Assembly: GCF_001194135.2 (NCBI RefSeq)
Contig: NC_068994.1
Location: 29,482,016 to 29,546,015 of the forward strand
Length of the DNA: 64,000 nucleotides
DNA from: Octopus bimaculoides
Lineage: Eukaryota
Direction: 5' to 3'
The notes under the pieces are model-generated. The model was given only the letters and a program-made list of their open reading frames with translations, made no database searches and was not told the DNA's origin. Both the position numbers and the translations under genes were made by a program. Below are positions 28,100 to 40,073 of the stretch, in pieces; the stretch's first letter is position 1; each line of letters opens with the position of its first letter.

Positions 28100-29680
28100 T
28101 AGAAAAAAAGTTAACCTAGATGAGATGCAGTTTGGATTCATGCCAGGGAAAAGTACTGCTGATGCTCTCTTTATAGTATGGAAACTGCAGGAGAGGTATG
28201 TAGTTGAAAGTAAACCACTGTACTTGTTGACCTGGAGAAAACCTTTCACAGGGTGTCTCACTCGCTGATGGTTACTGTGGAAGCAAGGAGTAGATGAATG
28301 AGTAGCGAGAGTTGTTCATGCTATGTAGGGGAATGGTGTTCATAAAGTGGGTTAGCAATAAGTACAGCAATGAATTTAGTGCGTAGGTAGTTCACCAGAG
28401 TTTGGTTATCAATCCTCTACAATTTATTATAGTCCTCCAGGCCATAACAGAGGTATTTAAGGCTGAATTGCTATAGGAACTTGTATATGGTGATAAGCTT
28501 TTTACACCAGAAACTATAGTAGAACTGGAAATGAAGTTCCAAGTGTGAAAGCAAAACCTAGAATGAAAGGGCTTTAAAGTCAACTTAGCAATGACCAAAG
28601 CTCTAGTTAGCAAGAAAAGAGACAGGATGCTAATCCTTTTGCATATATGGCCCTGTTCAATATGTAGAAGAGGTGAAGGTAGAAATTTCATGGAGTGTAC
28701 TCAGTGCAAATTATGGACACATTAGAGGGACAGTGGAATGACAGGAAGGTTAGCAGAGAGAGTAGATTTTGTGGCAGACACATAGGTGCAATAACACTAA
28801 GAGCAAACAAGAAATAGATTTTCTGGAATGCCCAGAAGGATCCTTAGCGGTAGTTGATTGTTTTTGCTATCAATGAGATTTGATAACCAGTGGATCAGAA
28901 GAGGAAATACTGAAAGTATGGTTGTTAGAAAAAGAACTGACTGGAGAAAGTTCATAGAGATATTACTTCAGTTGGCAACAAAAGCTTCCCTCTCAGAGTG
29001 AAAGGTAGATTGTGAAGACCGACCTCCACCACATGGAAGAGAGCAAGGGACCAAAATGAATGGCAATATTCAGTGCTTGAGAAAACCTACACATCTCAGC
29101 AAAAATGAGTGCCTGTCAAGCCTTCACCCACAAGTCATTTCTAACACTCATCATCCCTCCTTAAACTGCAGTACTACTCACTTAGCTGCAGTAAATGGTT
29201 TCATTTATCACCTCACACTTCACATTGTATACCTCTTACCACTGTCCACCGCAATCCCATCTCTAATCATGTTACACACTTTTTCACTCAAATGCTCTTA
29301 CCTACCCATCATCTTCTCTGTTCTCTCTCACATATCCATCTTGTATCATGATCTCAAATCTTTCTCTTTTGTTCCAGATAGGGAAGCCATGCATTCACTT
29401 CTTCAGCAAGACACCTGCTCCAATCTCTTTATCATACTTTCACATCCCCCAAGACTTATACCCCACTCAGTTGAGGGGTCTTGTCTTGCAAGTACTTGGT
29501 GACCACACCAGTGCTGATGCTATGAAAAGAGTACTCACTACACTCTGTAAAGTGGCTGGTGTTAGGAAGGACACCCAGCTATAGAAACCATGCCAAAGCA
29601 TACATTGAAACTCAACACAGCCCTCTGGCACAACAGTTCCTGTACATCAAACTCACACCAGCATGGAGAAAAGGATGTTA
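28100..29680 (+). mobile_element. Degenerate RTE LINE, RT to 3' end
   Basis: QFGFMPGKSTADAL, Cys-rich insert, pyrimidine-rich 3'UTR like 9420-9960 and the shared terminus. Confidence 0.8.
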
Positions 29681-30224
29681 AATCCCTCTCTCTATTATAT
29701 ATAGTTTATAGATCCACAAGAAGTAGAATTTAAAAAAAAAAGTACTCCATCCAATTTAATAAACAAATGAAAGAGCTACTAATAGTTTCATGCTATTATG
29801 ATATTTGAACAGGCACATTCATAAAATACACCATCTATCTCCAAGCAATCTTTCAAGCTGTTTCTATATTAATAGCTTTTTTGGTTGCGTATTAAATTGA
29901 TATATACATATATATAGAAATAAGAGTGAAAAAAATGACTCGAATAGCCACACAAAGCACTAACCTCATCAATTGATGACTTTTCTCATAAGTTGTACAA
30001 GGCAAGCTACCCTTTTTAACCCAGAGTATCAGTTTTCTGATGAGAACTAAGATTATAATGATCAGAGTTCAAAATCATGTGACAAGGCTATGTCAACTTA
30101 CTTCATTTTGTGAGTTTATCTCACCATGGAATGGTGCTTTAGCTCTCTGCCTCACTTTCCATCAATTTATAAGGTTATTGCTTTGTGAGTCGGTTTTTTT
30201 TTTTTACTCTTATTTCTAGCAAAT

Positions 30225-32335
30225 GGTTTCTACAGCTTGATGCCCTTCCTAACGTCAACCACTCCGAGAGTGTAATGAGTGTGTTTTTGTGCCACTGGCA
30301 CAGTTGCCATTTGCATGACACCGGTATCTGCAATGACCGATTTTACTTGGCTTGATGGGTCTTCTTCTCAAGCACGATGTAATGCCAAAGGTCTGTCACT
30401 GCCTCCATGAGGCCCACTGCCTGAATGGAACTCAGCCACTTTGCCTCCGTGAGGCCCAGTGCTCAAAAGTACTCTTTATGTGCCACCAGCATGAGTGCCA
30501 GTTACATGACACCAGCATCAGTTACAACTGTGATTTCACTTGGCTTGATGGGTTTCCTCAAGCACAGCATATCACTAAAGGTCTTTGTCACTGGTCATTG
30601 CCTCTGTGAAGCTCAAAGTTCAAAAATCATGCTTCACCACCTCTTCCCATGTCTTCTTGGGTCTACTTCTACCACAGGTTCCCTCCACAGTTAAAGATCG
30701 GCACTTCTTTACACAGCTGTCCTCTTCCATACACATCATATGACCACACTATCACAGTCATCTCTCTTGCACACCACATCTGATGCCTCTTATACCTAAT
30801 TTTTCTCTCAAGATGCTTACACTGTCGAACATGCACACTTATATTGCGTATCCAGTGAAGCATACTGGCTTCATTTCTTTCAAGCCTATGCATGTCCTTG
30901 GCTGTCACAGCCTGTTCCACTGCTATGTGGCATAGCTGTATGCACACAGACATCATGCAATCTACCTTTCACTCTGAGAGATAGGCTCTTTGTTGCCAGC
31001 TGAGGTAGGAGCTCTCTGAACTTTGCCCAGCCTAATCTTATTCTCACAGCTACATTCTCAGAGCATCTACCTCCACTACTAACTTGGTCACCTAGATAAC
31101 GGAAGCTATCTACTATCTCTAGCTTGTCCCCTGGCAGTTGATGGAATCTATTTTCAGTGTTTATTGTAACTGTGCATCTTCCACATACAAAAGCTATTTT
31201 CCCTGTTAGCCTTCCTCTGATATTGCTGCACCTTTAATGTGTCCAAAGCTTATGCCAGCTGCATTTTATGGAGTTTACACCTATGCCTTTTCTACAGGTT
31301 GCACAGGGCCCTCTACCTGAGGGGATTTGTGATTTGTCTGCCTTCCTACTTACTAAGACTTTGTTTTTGCTAAGTTAATTCTAAGGCCCTTCGATTCTAG
31401 ACTGTGCTTCCATACCTGGAACTTCTCTAGTTCTAGTAGTGATTCATTTATAAGAGCAATGTCATCAGCATAGAGGAACTCCCAAGGGCAACCTGTTTTA
31501 AATTCCTCTGTTATTGCCTGGAGGACTATGATGAACAAGAGGAGGCTGAGGACCAGTCCTTGGTGAACCCCTACTTGTACCCTGAATTCTTCACTGTACT
31601 CATTGCCCACTCTCATCTGACTGGTAGCATCCCTGTACAAGACTTGTGCAGCTGTCACCAACCACTTGTTTATCCCTAGTTTCCGCATTGACCACCAGAT
31701 AAGGCTTTTTTCAAGTCAACAAAAGCAAAGTACAGAGGTTTACCTTTGGCTAGGTATTTCTCCTGCAGTTGCCTTACCAAAAATATAGTCAGTGGTGCTT
31801 CTACCTGGCACAAAACCAAACTGCATCTCATCTAGAGTAACAGATTCCTTAATGATTTGGGCTATTACTCTCTGTAACTTTCGTCACTTGATCCAACAAT
31901 TTAATACCTCTGTAATTATTTCTAAGGCATCACCTTTACCTTTGTAACAGTTGACCATGGTGCTGCTACACCAGTCATTGGGTATGACTCTTTTGTGAAC
32001 ACCTGATTTACAATACGAGGGACTAGACCATAACTCACACTGCCAGATATTTTAAGCATCTCAGTGGTGATTCCTGATGGGCTCAGGGCTTTCCCTGTCT
32101 TCATATCCTGAATTACTTTATCTACCAGAGTACTGGTCCCTCAACTGGGTCAACATTTGGCAGACTCTCTTCCTCCCATTCATTCTCCATGTTCAGCATT
32201 CTTTCATAATGGCATCTCCGAGCCTCTTTCTTTGCAGAATCATCAAAAGCAAGTGCACTATCATCCATGCAGACACATTCCTCTCCTATGACATCACAGT
32301 TTTCTCTCACACACTGTCTTGTGTCTTAATATCTT
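30225..32335 (-). mobile_element. RTE LINE, RT to 3'UTR
   Basis: MRKLGINKWLV...GCPWEFLYADDIAL; the 3'UTR carries an imperfect internal duplication at about 30310-30610. Confidence 0.88.
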
Positions 32336-32365
32336 ATTGTATGAATATATATATATATATATATT

Positions 32366-32625
32366 GTGCGGGTGGCACATAAAATACACCATTTCGAGCG
32401 TGGCCGTTGCCAGTACCGCACCGCCTGACTGGCCTTCGTGCGGGTGACACGTAAAAGCACCCACTACACTCTCTGAGTGGTTGGCGTTAGGAAGGGCATC
32501 CAGCTGTAGAAACTCTGCCAAATCAGATTGGAGCCTGGTGTAGCCATCTGGTTCACCAGTCCTCAGTCAAATCGTCCAACCCATGCTAGCATGGAAAGCG
32601 GACGTTAAACGACGATGATGATGAT
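32366..32625 (+). mobile_element. 5'-truncated RTE 3' end
   Basis: One full 65-nt 3'UTR unit plus the terminus and (GAT)n tail; flanked on both sides by (TA)n. Confidence 0.9.
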
Positions 32626-32927
32626 ATATATATATATACACCCACACATATGCATATAAATTTGCTCCAGTTCTTTGTGTTCTGAGTTTAAATCTCACAC
32701 ATTGGCTTCCATAGGTGGTAGACTTAATCCATCACCAATTCTAATACCCACCACCTGGCAACTCCAGTACCTTTAGCAGAATTCACTTTGTGGCAAGAAT
32801 TCAAGCCAAGTCTCTAATTTTAGAATATCTTTCTCTCTTCCCACTCCTCTCACTAGTTGTAAAGGGCTCTGTAAAAGTATCCAGCTGCAGTAGAAAAAAA
32901 AATTTTTTAAAAGAATAAATACACATA

Positions 32928-33328
32928 GGTGAAGGCAAGGCTGTGTGATAAAGAAGCTCATTTTACAATCATGTGGTTCTGAGTTAGTCCCACTCTCTGA
33001 CACTGAGGGCAAGTGTCTTCTACTATAACTCTGAGCCGATCAATGCCATGGGAGTGAATTTGGTAGACAGAAACTGTGTGAAAGCCCATTATATATACAC
33101 ACATGTGTATGTGTGTGTGAATATGTCTGCATCTTTGTGTTTGTTACCCCATTCCAACTGCTTGACAACTGATGCTGGTTTGTTTATGTTCTTGCTCAAC
33201 AAAAAAGACCTGTAGAATAAGTACCTGACTTAAAAACGCAAGTACTGGGGTCGATTTGTTTGACCAAAACCTTTCAAGGTGGTGCCTCAGCATGGCTGCT
33301 GCAGTCCAATGGCTGAAATAAGTAAAAG
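32928..33328 (+). mobile_element. SINE family A, near full length
   Basis: tRNA-like head, central TA/TG microsatellite and conserved 3' body. Confidence 0.85.
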
Positions 33329-33485
33329 TGACAAATTTTCTGTTATGTCAAATGGTAAAAATAGGGATGAGATGAAGTGAGATCCATTTACACACCAGGA
33401 AAAATAGATGTGATGATGATGATGATGATAATGATGAGGAAGACGATGATGAAACCATGGGACAAAAATATAGAAATATAATAAA

Positions 33486-33830
33486 AGGTGCAGGCTTGTT
33501 TCCCAACCACTTGGTTCCAGGTTCACTCCTACTGTGTGACACTTTGGGCATGCTACAGCCTCAGGTCGACCAAAGTGTTGTGAGTGGATTTGGTAGACAG
33601 AAACTGTAAGAAGCCAGTTGTATATAGATATGTGTGAGTGTGTTTGTCCCACCACCACTGTTTGACAACTGTTTAAATCCCATAACTTAGCAGCAGTTCA
33701 GCAAAAGAGACTGAGAGAATAAGTACCAGGTTTAGTAAAAAAAAGAAAACTGGGGTCAATTCATTCAACTAAAAATTCAAGGCAGTGTCCCAGCATGGCC
33801 ACAGTCTAATGACTGAAACAAGTAAAAGAT
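33486..33830 (+). mobile_element. SINE family A copy
   Basis: Same architecture; ends aatgactgaaacaagtaaaaga. Confidence 0.85.
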
Positions 33831-34554
33831 AAAAAATAAACAATGGTACAAGTAACATACATTTTATTCTCATAATTGTTGCTTTTATTATTATTATTTT
33901 GTTATTGTTCAAATGTATATGGAAAAACATCTTTCTTTCTACTGATCTAGAGCAATGTTGGTTGGAAATGGAAGTTGAGTTGAGTGAAATACACAACATT
34001 ATCGGTGGAGGTGGGCATGGGGATGGGTGACAACTATAACTGAAATAATATAATGGGTTGACATATAAAAAATATTGGACAAATGTACATTAGTACATGC
34101 ACGCACACATATATATATACATACACACACACACACATATATATTCATATCTATCTATACACACACACACACACATATATATATATATCAGACATACATT
34201 GTGTACATAGCAAGACCCACACAGGAAAATGCTTTGTATGTGTATATATGAATGCATGTATACATATATATATATATATACACACAATATATATATGTAT
34301 GTATACCCTATATGTATATACATACAAAACAAAAATGCAGACATACACACAAGTCTGAGGGCATCTTATCTAGATTGCAATTGTAAACATTTCAAGATAT
34401 TATTGAAACTGCAACTGGTGGATGCTAGTGCAGCTCAATCTGCATTAGTTCCAAAGAAGTTGATCCAATGGCTAGCAAACATTGCTCCCCCACCCTACAT
34501 TACTAAGGAAATTCCATCAGACTGTTGTATGAAGTGTGTATGTCAGAAAGCTGC

Positions 34555-36012
34555 TCACTCTCTTGGTCTGCCTTGGTTGCAGGTATGGTTGACTTGTGCG
34601 TCTGTCCAGCCAGGTGTCCATGGAGTTGTGAGAGCAGATGCTGCAGAAGCACCTGATGACCAGTTCCCAAAACTGGTACCAGGTGTGGTTGATCGCCATG
34701 CAGGGATGTTAGCTCCAGTGCAAGGTTGCTGGGTTACAACAGCAGACTGGTGCTGCTGGTTGTGATGGGGGTGGTGGTGGTGATGATGATGGCCATGTTG
34801 ATGAGGATGGTGATGGTGAGCATGTGGTGATGATGACGGCAGAGGCTGTCGAAGTGCTGGAGGAGGAGGTGGAGGTGGAGGCGGAGGTGGTGATTTGGAA
34901 GCTTTACACATCACCTTGTTGATATTGTTGTTGTTGTTGCTTTGGTTACCACTACTTGCAGCAGAAGCTGGTGATGATGTGTTCTGATGCTGTTTGTCAT
35001 GATGGTGATGATGGTGGTGATGATGATGGTGATGGTGATGATGATGAGGATGTGCTGTCTCACCCATTGATACACCTTTGCAAGAACCTTGGTTGCAGCT
35101 ACCACCCATTCCTGGTGATGATGATGACTGTATGTGGGCACGGCTGTGTTTCTTGAGGTGTGCCCTTTGCGAAAATGACTTCTGGCAGATCACACATAGA
35201 AATGGCTTCTCTCCACTATGTGTGCGACTGTGGTTGACTAGGTGGTCTTTCTGACTAAATCTTTTCGGACACTGGTTGCAAGCATATGGCCGAATACCAC
35301 TGTGGATTCTGGAATGTGTGGTCAGATGAGTTCGTTGACCAAATGATTTACCACACACCTGACATGTAAATGGCCTCACCCCAGAGTGAGTACGAATGTG
35401 ATTAGTCAGCTTTTCCCGCTGGCTGAAGGCTTTGTGACACTGAGTGCAGTAAAAGTGTTTCTCCTCATCTGGCATTAACTCATGTTTGTGGAGATTAGCT
35501 TTTACAGAAAAGCCCTTCCGACACACACCACACCGATAGGGTTTGCGACTACTATGACCAGTATAGACACCGTAATTTGTCATGCCAGATAGTGGTACAG
35601 GAATGTTCTGGTGGCTGTGGTTGCTGTGACTTACTGCATCATGGCTACCACTGGCTACTGAGTGTTCATCACCAGGTGAAGCTGCTGTGTTGCCACCATT
35701 GTTATTGTTAGCAACAATAACAATGGTACCTAAACCTGGCGAAATGCTCTGTGAATGGTTGTGGTGATTGTGGTTATGGTTGCCAGTACTGTCCAAGTTA
35801 TTGGAATTGTTATTGCTAGAATGACTGCCATGTTGCTGCTTGTGAGCCCTCGTCGAATCTTCAGCTGCTGGTTGAGGGTCAGCATAAATCTTAGTGCAGC
35901 TACTGAAATCATATTGTTGTTGTTGTTGCTGCTGCTGCTGTTGTTGTTGTTGTTGTTGTTGCTGCTGTGGGTTTCCTACTGTAGTATATACACCGGAATG
36001 AGCAGTATACAT
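34555..36012 (-). CDS. C2H2 zinc-finger protein (4 intact and 1 degenerate finger) with Q18, H16, P11 and Asn-rich tracts, 485 aa
   Basis: Long GC-richer ORF; fingers FYCTQC..H..H, FTCQVC, YACNQC and FLCVIC with SGVRP/SGIRP/SGEKP linkers; the first finger lacks its second His. Confidence 0.9.
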   Translation of the reverse strand: MYTAHSGVYTTVGNPQQQQQQQQQQQQQQQQQQYDFSSCTKIYADPQPAAEDSTRAHKQQHGSHSSNNNSNNLDSTGNHNHNHHNHSQSISPGLGTIVIVANNNNGGNTAASPGDEHSVASGSHDAVSHSNHSHQNIPVPLSGMTNYGVYTGHSSRKPYRCGVCRKGFSVKANLHKHELMPDEEKHFYCTQCHKAFSQREKLTNHIRTHSGVRPFTCQVCGKSFGQRTHLTTHSRIHSGIRPYACNQCPKRFSQKDHLVNHSRTHSGEKPFLCVICQKSFSQRAHLKKHSRAHIQSSSSPGMGGSCNQGSCKGVSMGETAHPHHHHHHHHHHHHHHHHDKQHQNTSSPASAASSGNQSNNNNNINKVMCKASKSPPPPPPPPPPPALRQPLPSSSPHAHHHHPHQHGHHHHHHHPHHNQQHQSAVVTQQPCTGANIPAWRSTTPGTSFGNWSSGASAASALTTPWTPGWTDAQVNHTCNQGRPRE

Positions 36013-36749
36013 TCTTGTTTTGTTATTGTTTTATGTTCTTATAAACTGTTTCCTAATAAAATTGTTTCGAACATTTGTACATTTGTAGTTACAACGTTTA
36101 ACTATACCAAAGTGTGTTTTTATCATAAAAGTACACAAATATAAATATAAAGGTTAACACAAACTTACATATTTATAGACATGTATGTTTGTGTGTATGT
36201 GCATGCATGTATGTGTATGCAGAGCATGTAGATATACACATATGATGTGTTCAGATATTCTCTAAACCTGTACGTTTTGTATGTATGTAGAATTACAATA
36301 CTGAAACCCAGATCCCAGCAAATCAAAATACGTTTCTGGAATTCTATGTAAATGTCATCAATCAGTGTATCAGAGGTTCTGGTTCCTACCAGTTGTGTGG
36401 TATGGTATATATAAAGCAAAAAATAATTTATCTTTATCCAATATACTTTTAGTAAAAAAACGTTATATTTGAGCAAAAGTTGGGATGAAAATATAATGTA
36501 ATAGTTTCTGCTCTAAAAATATTCTGTAGGGTCTATGAAACAATGAAGCATTAGATGGATGAGGTGGTGATGAAAAAGGGATTGGTAAAAAAGGTGAAAC
36601 AGAGAAAGAGAGATGGGGTAGAGAATGAAAACAAAAGTGGATGGGGTTAGAAATTCCTTTGTAATAATGGAATGTCACCAAAAGGTAAGAAGTCCTGAAG
36701 AACAAAATATGAAAATATTTAGTTATGTTTTCCGTGCCAGTATATTGAA

Positions 36750-36967
36750 CAAATTTGTTTTTTTCATGTGGCAAGGTGGTGGTGGTGAGGAGGAGGCTGT
36801 TCTGTTACACTGGAAGCATTTGTCTTTGAGTATACATGCAAATCATTACAATTTCTGCACACAACAGGAATACACTGGAGACTTCTGGGCTGGAGTAGTT
36901 TCTTAGGCGTAGCAAAGACTGGGTTTTCATCTTGTGTCAGCCATGTCTGTTAAAAGGAAAGAAAATG
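36750..36967 (-). other. Putative upstream 5'UTR exon start of the 485-aa ZNF gene
   Basis: Minus strand ttttctttccttttaacAG|ACATGGCTG, with AG at 36948-36947; only short ORFs follow. Confidence 0.4.
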
Positions 36968-37420
36968 TGTGATAATAGATATTTCCATAAAAAAATGCTG
37001 CCCTTCTTCCATATGACTTATTCCACCAACTGCCTACATGCACCATAGATGATGATGACGTTGGTAGTGGTGGTTTTAGTGATAACATAGTGAAGGAATA
37101 CACAAAATGAGAGATGACTATCTCCCCACCCACCACCGTTCTTTGTTACATCAACCAACCCACTGTGGATGTTTCTCACCTGACACACATAACACCAGGG
37201 GAACAAAGTTATACATATTTATTATGTTTACTAAAACTACAAGATATCTAGATCTTAAATTTTCATTTTTCATTTACCACAATCTATTGTCAAACTCATC
37301 ATCATTAAAAAAGACTTTTCTGTAAAGAAACAATAAATATAAGGAAATTTTTTTAAAAAAATGGAATTTCCAAGGGTTCTGTAAGTATAAAAATTGTCCC
37401 TTTGGTAAAGCAGGTTATTT

Positions 37421-37616
37421 GTATGTCTGTGTTTGTCCCCTCAACACCAATGTTGGTGTGTTTACGTCCCTGTAACTTAGCAGTTCGGCAAAAAGAGACT
37501 GATAGAATAAGTACTAGGCTTACAAAGAATAAGTCCTGGGGTTGACTTGCTCGACCAAAGGTGGTGCTCCAGCATAGCCACAGTCAAATGACTGAAACAA
37601 GTAAAAGAATAAAAGA

Positions 37617-37617
<1 letters not shown>
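37421..37617 (+). mobile_element. SINE family A, 3' half
   Basis: gtctgtgtttgtcccc...gttcggcaaaaagagac...gactgaaacaagtaaaaga. Confidence 0.85.
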
Positions 37618-37660
<43 letters not shown>

Positions 37661-38754
37661 GGAGGGATCAGACTGTAGACATGACTGTGTAGTTGAGAAG
37701 TTTGCTTCCAAAACATGTAGTGTACAATCCCACTGTACAACACCTTGGGTAAATATCTTCTACTACAACTTTGGGGCAATCAAAGCCATGACAGTGGATC
37801 TGGTAGATGGAAACTCAAAGAAGCCTGTCATATATAAGTTTGTGTGTGCGTATGACTGTACTGACATCGCATGATGGTTGTAAATGAGTATCACCATCAT
37901 ACTAATAATGTCATTCATTTCCATGAAAAGCACGTCGGAAAATGGGGAAATATTAACTTGCTTGGAAACAGGTGAGAGTTGGTAATACAAAATCTGTCTT
38001 GAATTCCATCTCTCCCATACAAGCATGGAAAAGTGAATATTAAAACAATGATGACACACACACATATATATATATAATCAAACCTGCTTGTACTTGATAT
38101 ACTCTACAATCAGCCTCTCTCTTTTGAGCCACTGATTATTGATGTCTACCACTCTTTCTTCCCTTGTACTACCCCCCACCCCACCCCCACCCCCGTTACA
38201 TCCTTTCTACACTTATACTCTTTCGCTTCACTTATCCATCCTGGTTTTTCTTTGGTCAACCCTCATGCTTCTACTCTGCATCCTTCTCTGTCATCCTGCC
38301 TTCAGTGAACAAATGTATTATAGAGCAACTGAGGTTTTTTAAATTCTATGCGGTACAAGATAACACCATTGGTGTATGTGTGTATATATAACAGCATTCT
38401 GTACATCTTACTTAACATGGATATACTATAGAAAGCCACAAAACTGTAGTATTTGTCTTGAGAAAGCATCATGTATAGACATGTTGAGCTAAAAAGCACA
38501 AAAATGTGTCAGTAGTAGAAGAAAAGTGTCCAGCAGCAGTGGTGGAATTGCTGAGTCATGATTACTGTGTCTTTGCACACCATCAGTAGCAAGTGCTTAG
38601 ACAAATGTAGACTCCACTGATATAGGAAAACAGTGATAAAGAAACAATCACTGGTATCACAAATAGCTGGCAGGGTAAATAAACTTTTGTCAAAAGTGGC
38701 TTCCAGGTACGGCATCCATCTTTAAAATAATGCTACTATGGGAAAATCATAATC

Positions 38755-38890
38755 ATCATTATCATTGTTAATGTCCACCTTCCATGCTGTCATGGGTTCG
38801 ATGGTTGGACAGGAGCCTGCACCAGACTTGTGTCTGTTTTGGTAGGGCTTTTACAGCTTGATGCCCTTCCAAACACCAATCACCCTGCAG
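38755..38890 (-). mobile_element. RTE 3' end fragment
   Basis: Reverse complement of the shared terminus (ttccatgctgtcatggg...gatgcccttcc). Confidence 0.7.
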
Positions 38891-39214
38891 AGTGAACTAA
38901 AAAAAAATGGACATAAAACACACACACACACACACTTATATATATATATATATATGTATGTATATATATATATATATATATATATNNNNNNNNNNNNNNN
39001 NNNNNNNNNNNNNNNNNNNNNNNNNNNNNNNNNNNNNNNNNNNNNNNNNNNNNNNNNNNNNNNNNNNNNNNNNNNNNNNNNNNNNNNNNNNNNNNNNNNN
39101 NNNNNNNNNNNNNNNNNNNNNNNNNNNNNNNNNNNNNNNNNNNNNNNNNNNNNNNNNNNNNNNNNNNNNNNNNNNNNNNNNNNNNNNNATAAACCATATA
39201 CATGTAAGACCAGC

Positions 39215-39392
39215 AATTTTGGGGTAGAGGTAAATCAATTACATTGCCTCCATTGATCAACTGGTTTTTATTTTATCAACCCCAGAAAGGATGACAGGCA
39301 AAATTAACCTTGATGGAATTTAAATTCAGAAAGTAAAGACAAATGAAATGTCACTAACCATTTTGTCTGACATGCCAATGATTCTGCCAGTC
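39215..39392 (-). mobile_element. SINE family B copy
   Basis: accccagaaaggatgacaggc...gaatttaaattcagaa...gattctgccag. Confidence 0.75.
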
Positions 39393-39398
39393 ACTTAT

Positions 39399-39442
<44 letters not shown>

Positions 39443-39854
39443 TGCTTGAGGAAAATGGGTATTTGATTGGATTGCAGATAGAACTTACAAATATAAAATT
39501 TATGTATGCATAAATGAATGCGAAGATTTGTATAAATATACATATGCAGATGTATGTACCTGTATATGAGTGTATGTATGTATGTGTACATGTATATATC
39601 TATGTATATATATATTCATATATATATTTATAGAAGTTATGAGAGGTAATGGTGTCAATAAGACCTAAAGGCGTCAGGTAATGCTGAGTAGATGCTATGG
39701 ATAGACCATAGTTATGCTCCAGGTTCTGTGATTATGCAAATAAGGAGTCCAATGTCGGTCATATATCAGCATGTGTATATATAAAAAATGTTTGTTCAGA
39801 ATGAGATAAAAAAATCAAGGCTGTGAAGATTTTAGAACATTTATAAATAGAAGG

Positions 39855-39900
39855 TCTTACAGCTGTTTCCAGGATATTTATTATATCCCTTCATCGGAAA
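39855..39900 (-). ncRNA. Minimal type-I hammerhead-ribozyme-like motif, degenerate core
   Basis: Minus strand UUU-CCGAUGA-A-GGGAUAU(AAUAA)AUAUCCU-G-GAAAC-AGCU-GUA-AGA; U4 of CUGAUGA is replaced by C. Confidence 0.5.
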
Positions 39901-40073
39901 CGGTGTGAGAAAATGGTTAAGCAATAGTTAAACAAAATAGAGAGTGAAGTGGAGAATGAAAATAGATGTGAGATATGCAGGGATATTGCATTTATATGTG
40001 TGTATGTACGTATATATAGATGTATTGTATATATATAGGTGTATGTATTTGAGGTAATATAGTATGTGTTGTT

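Noticed and set aside
34229-36144. Plus-strand ORFs 34229-34765, 34956-35156 and 35755-36144 (poly-Leu), and minus alternative frames
   Set aside because: Antisense or frame shadows of the triplet-repeat-rich ZNF CDS.
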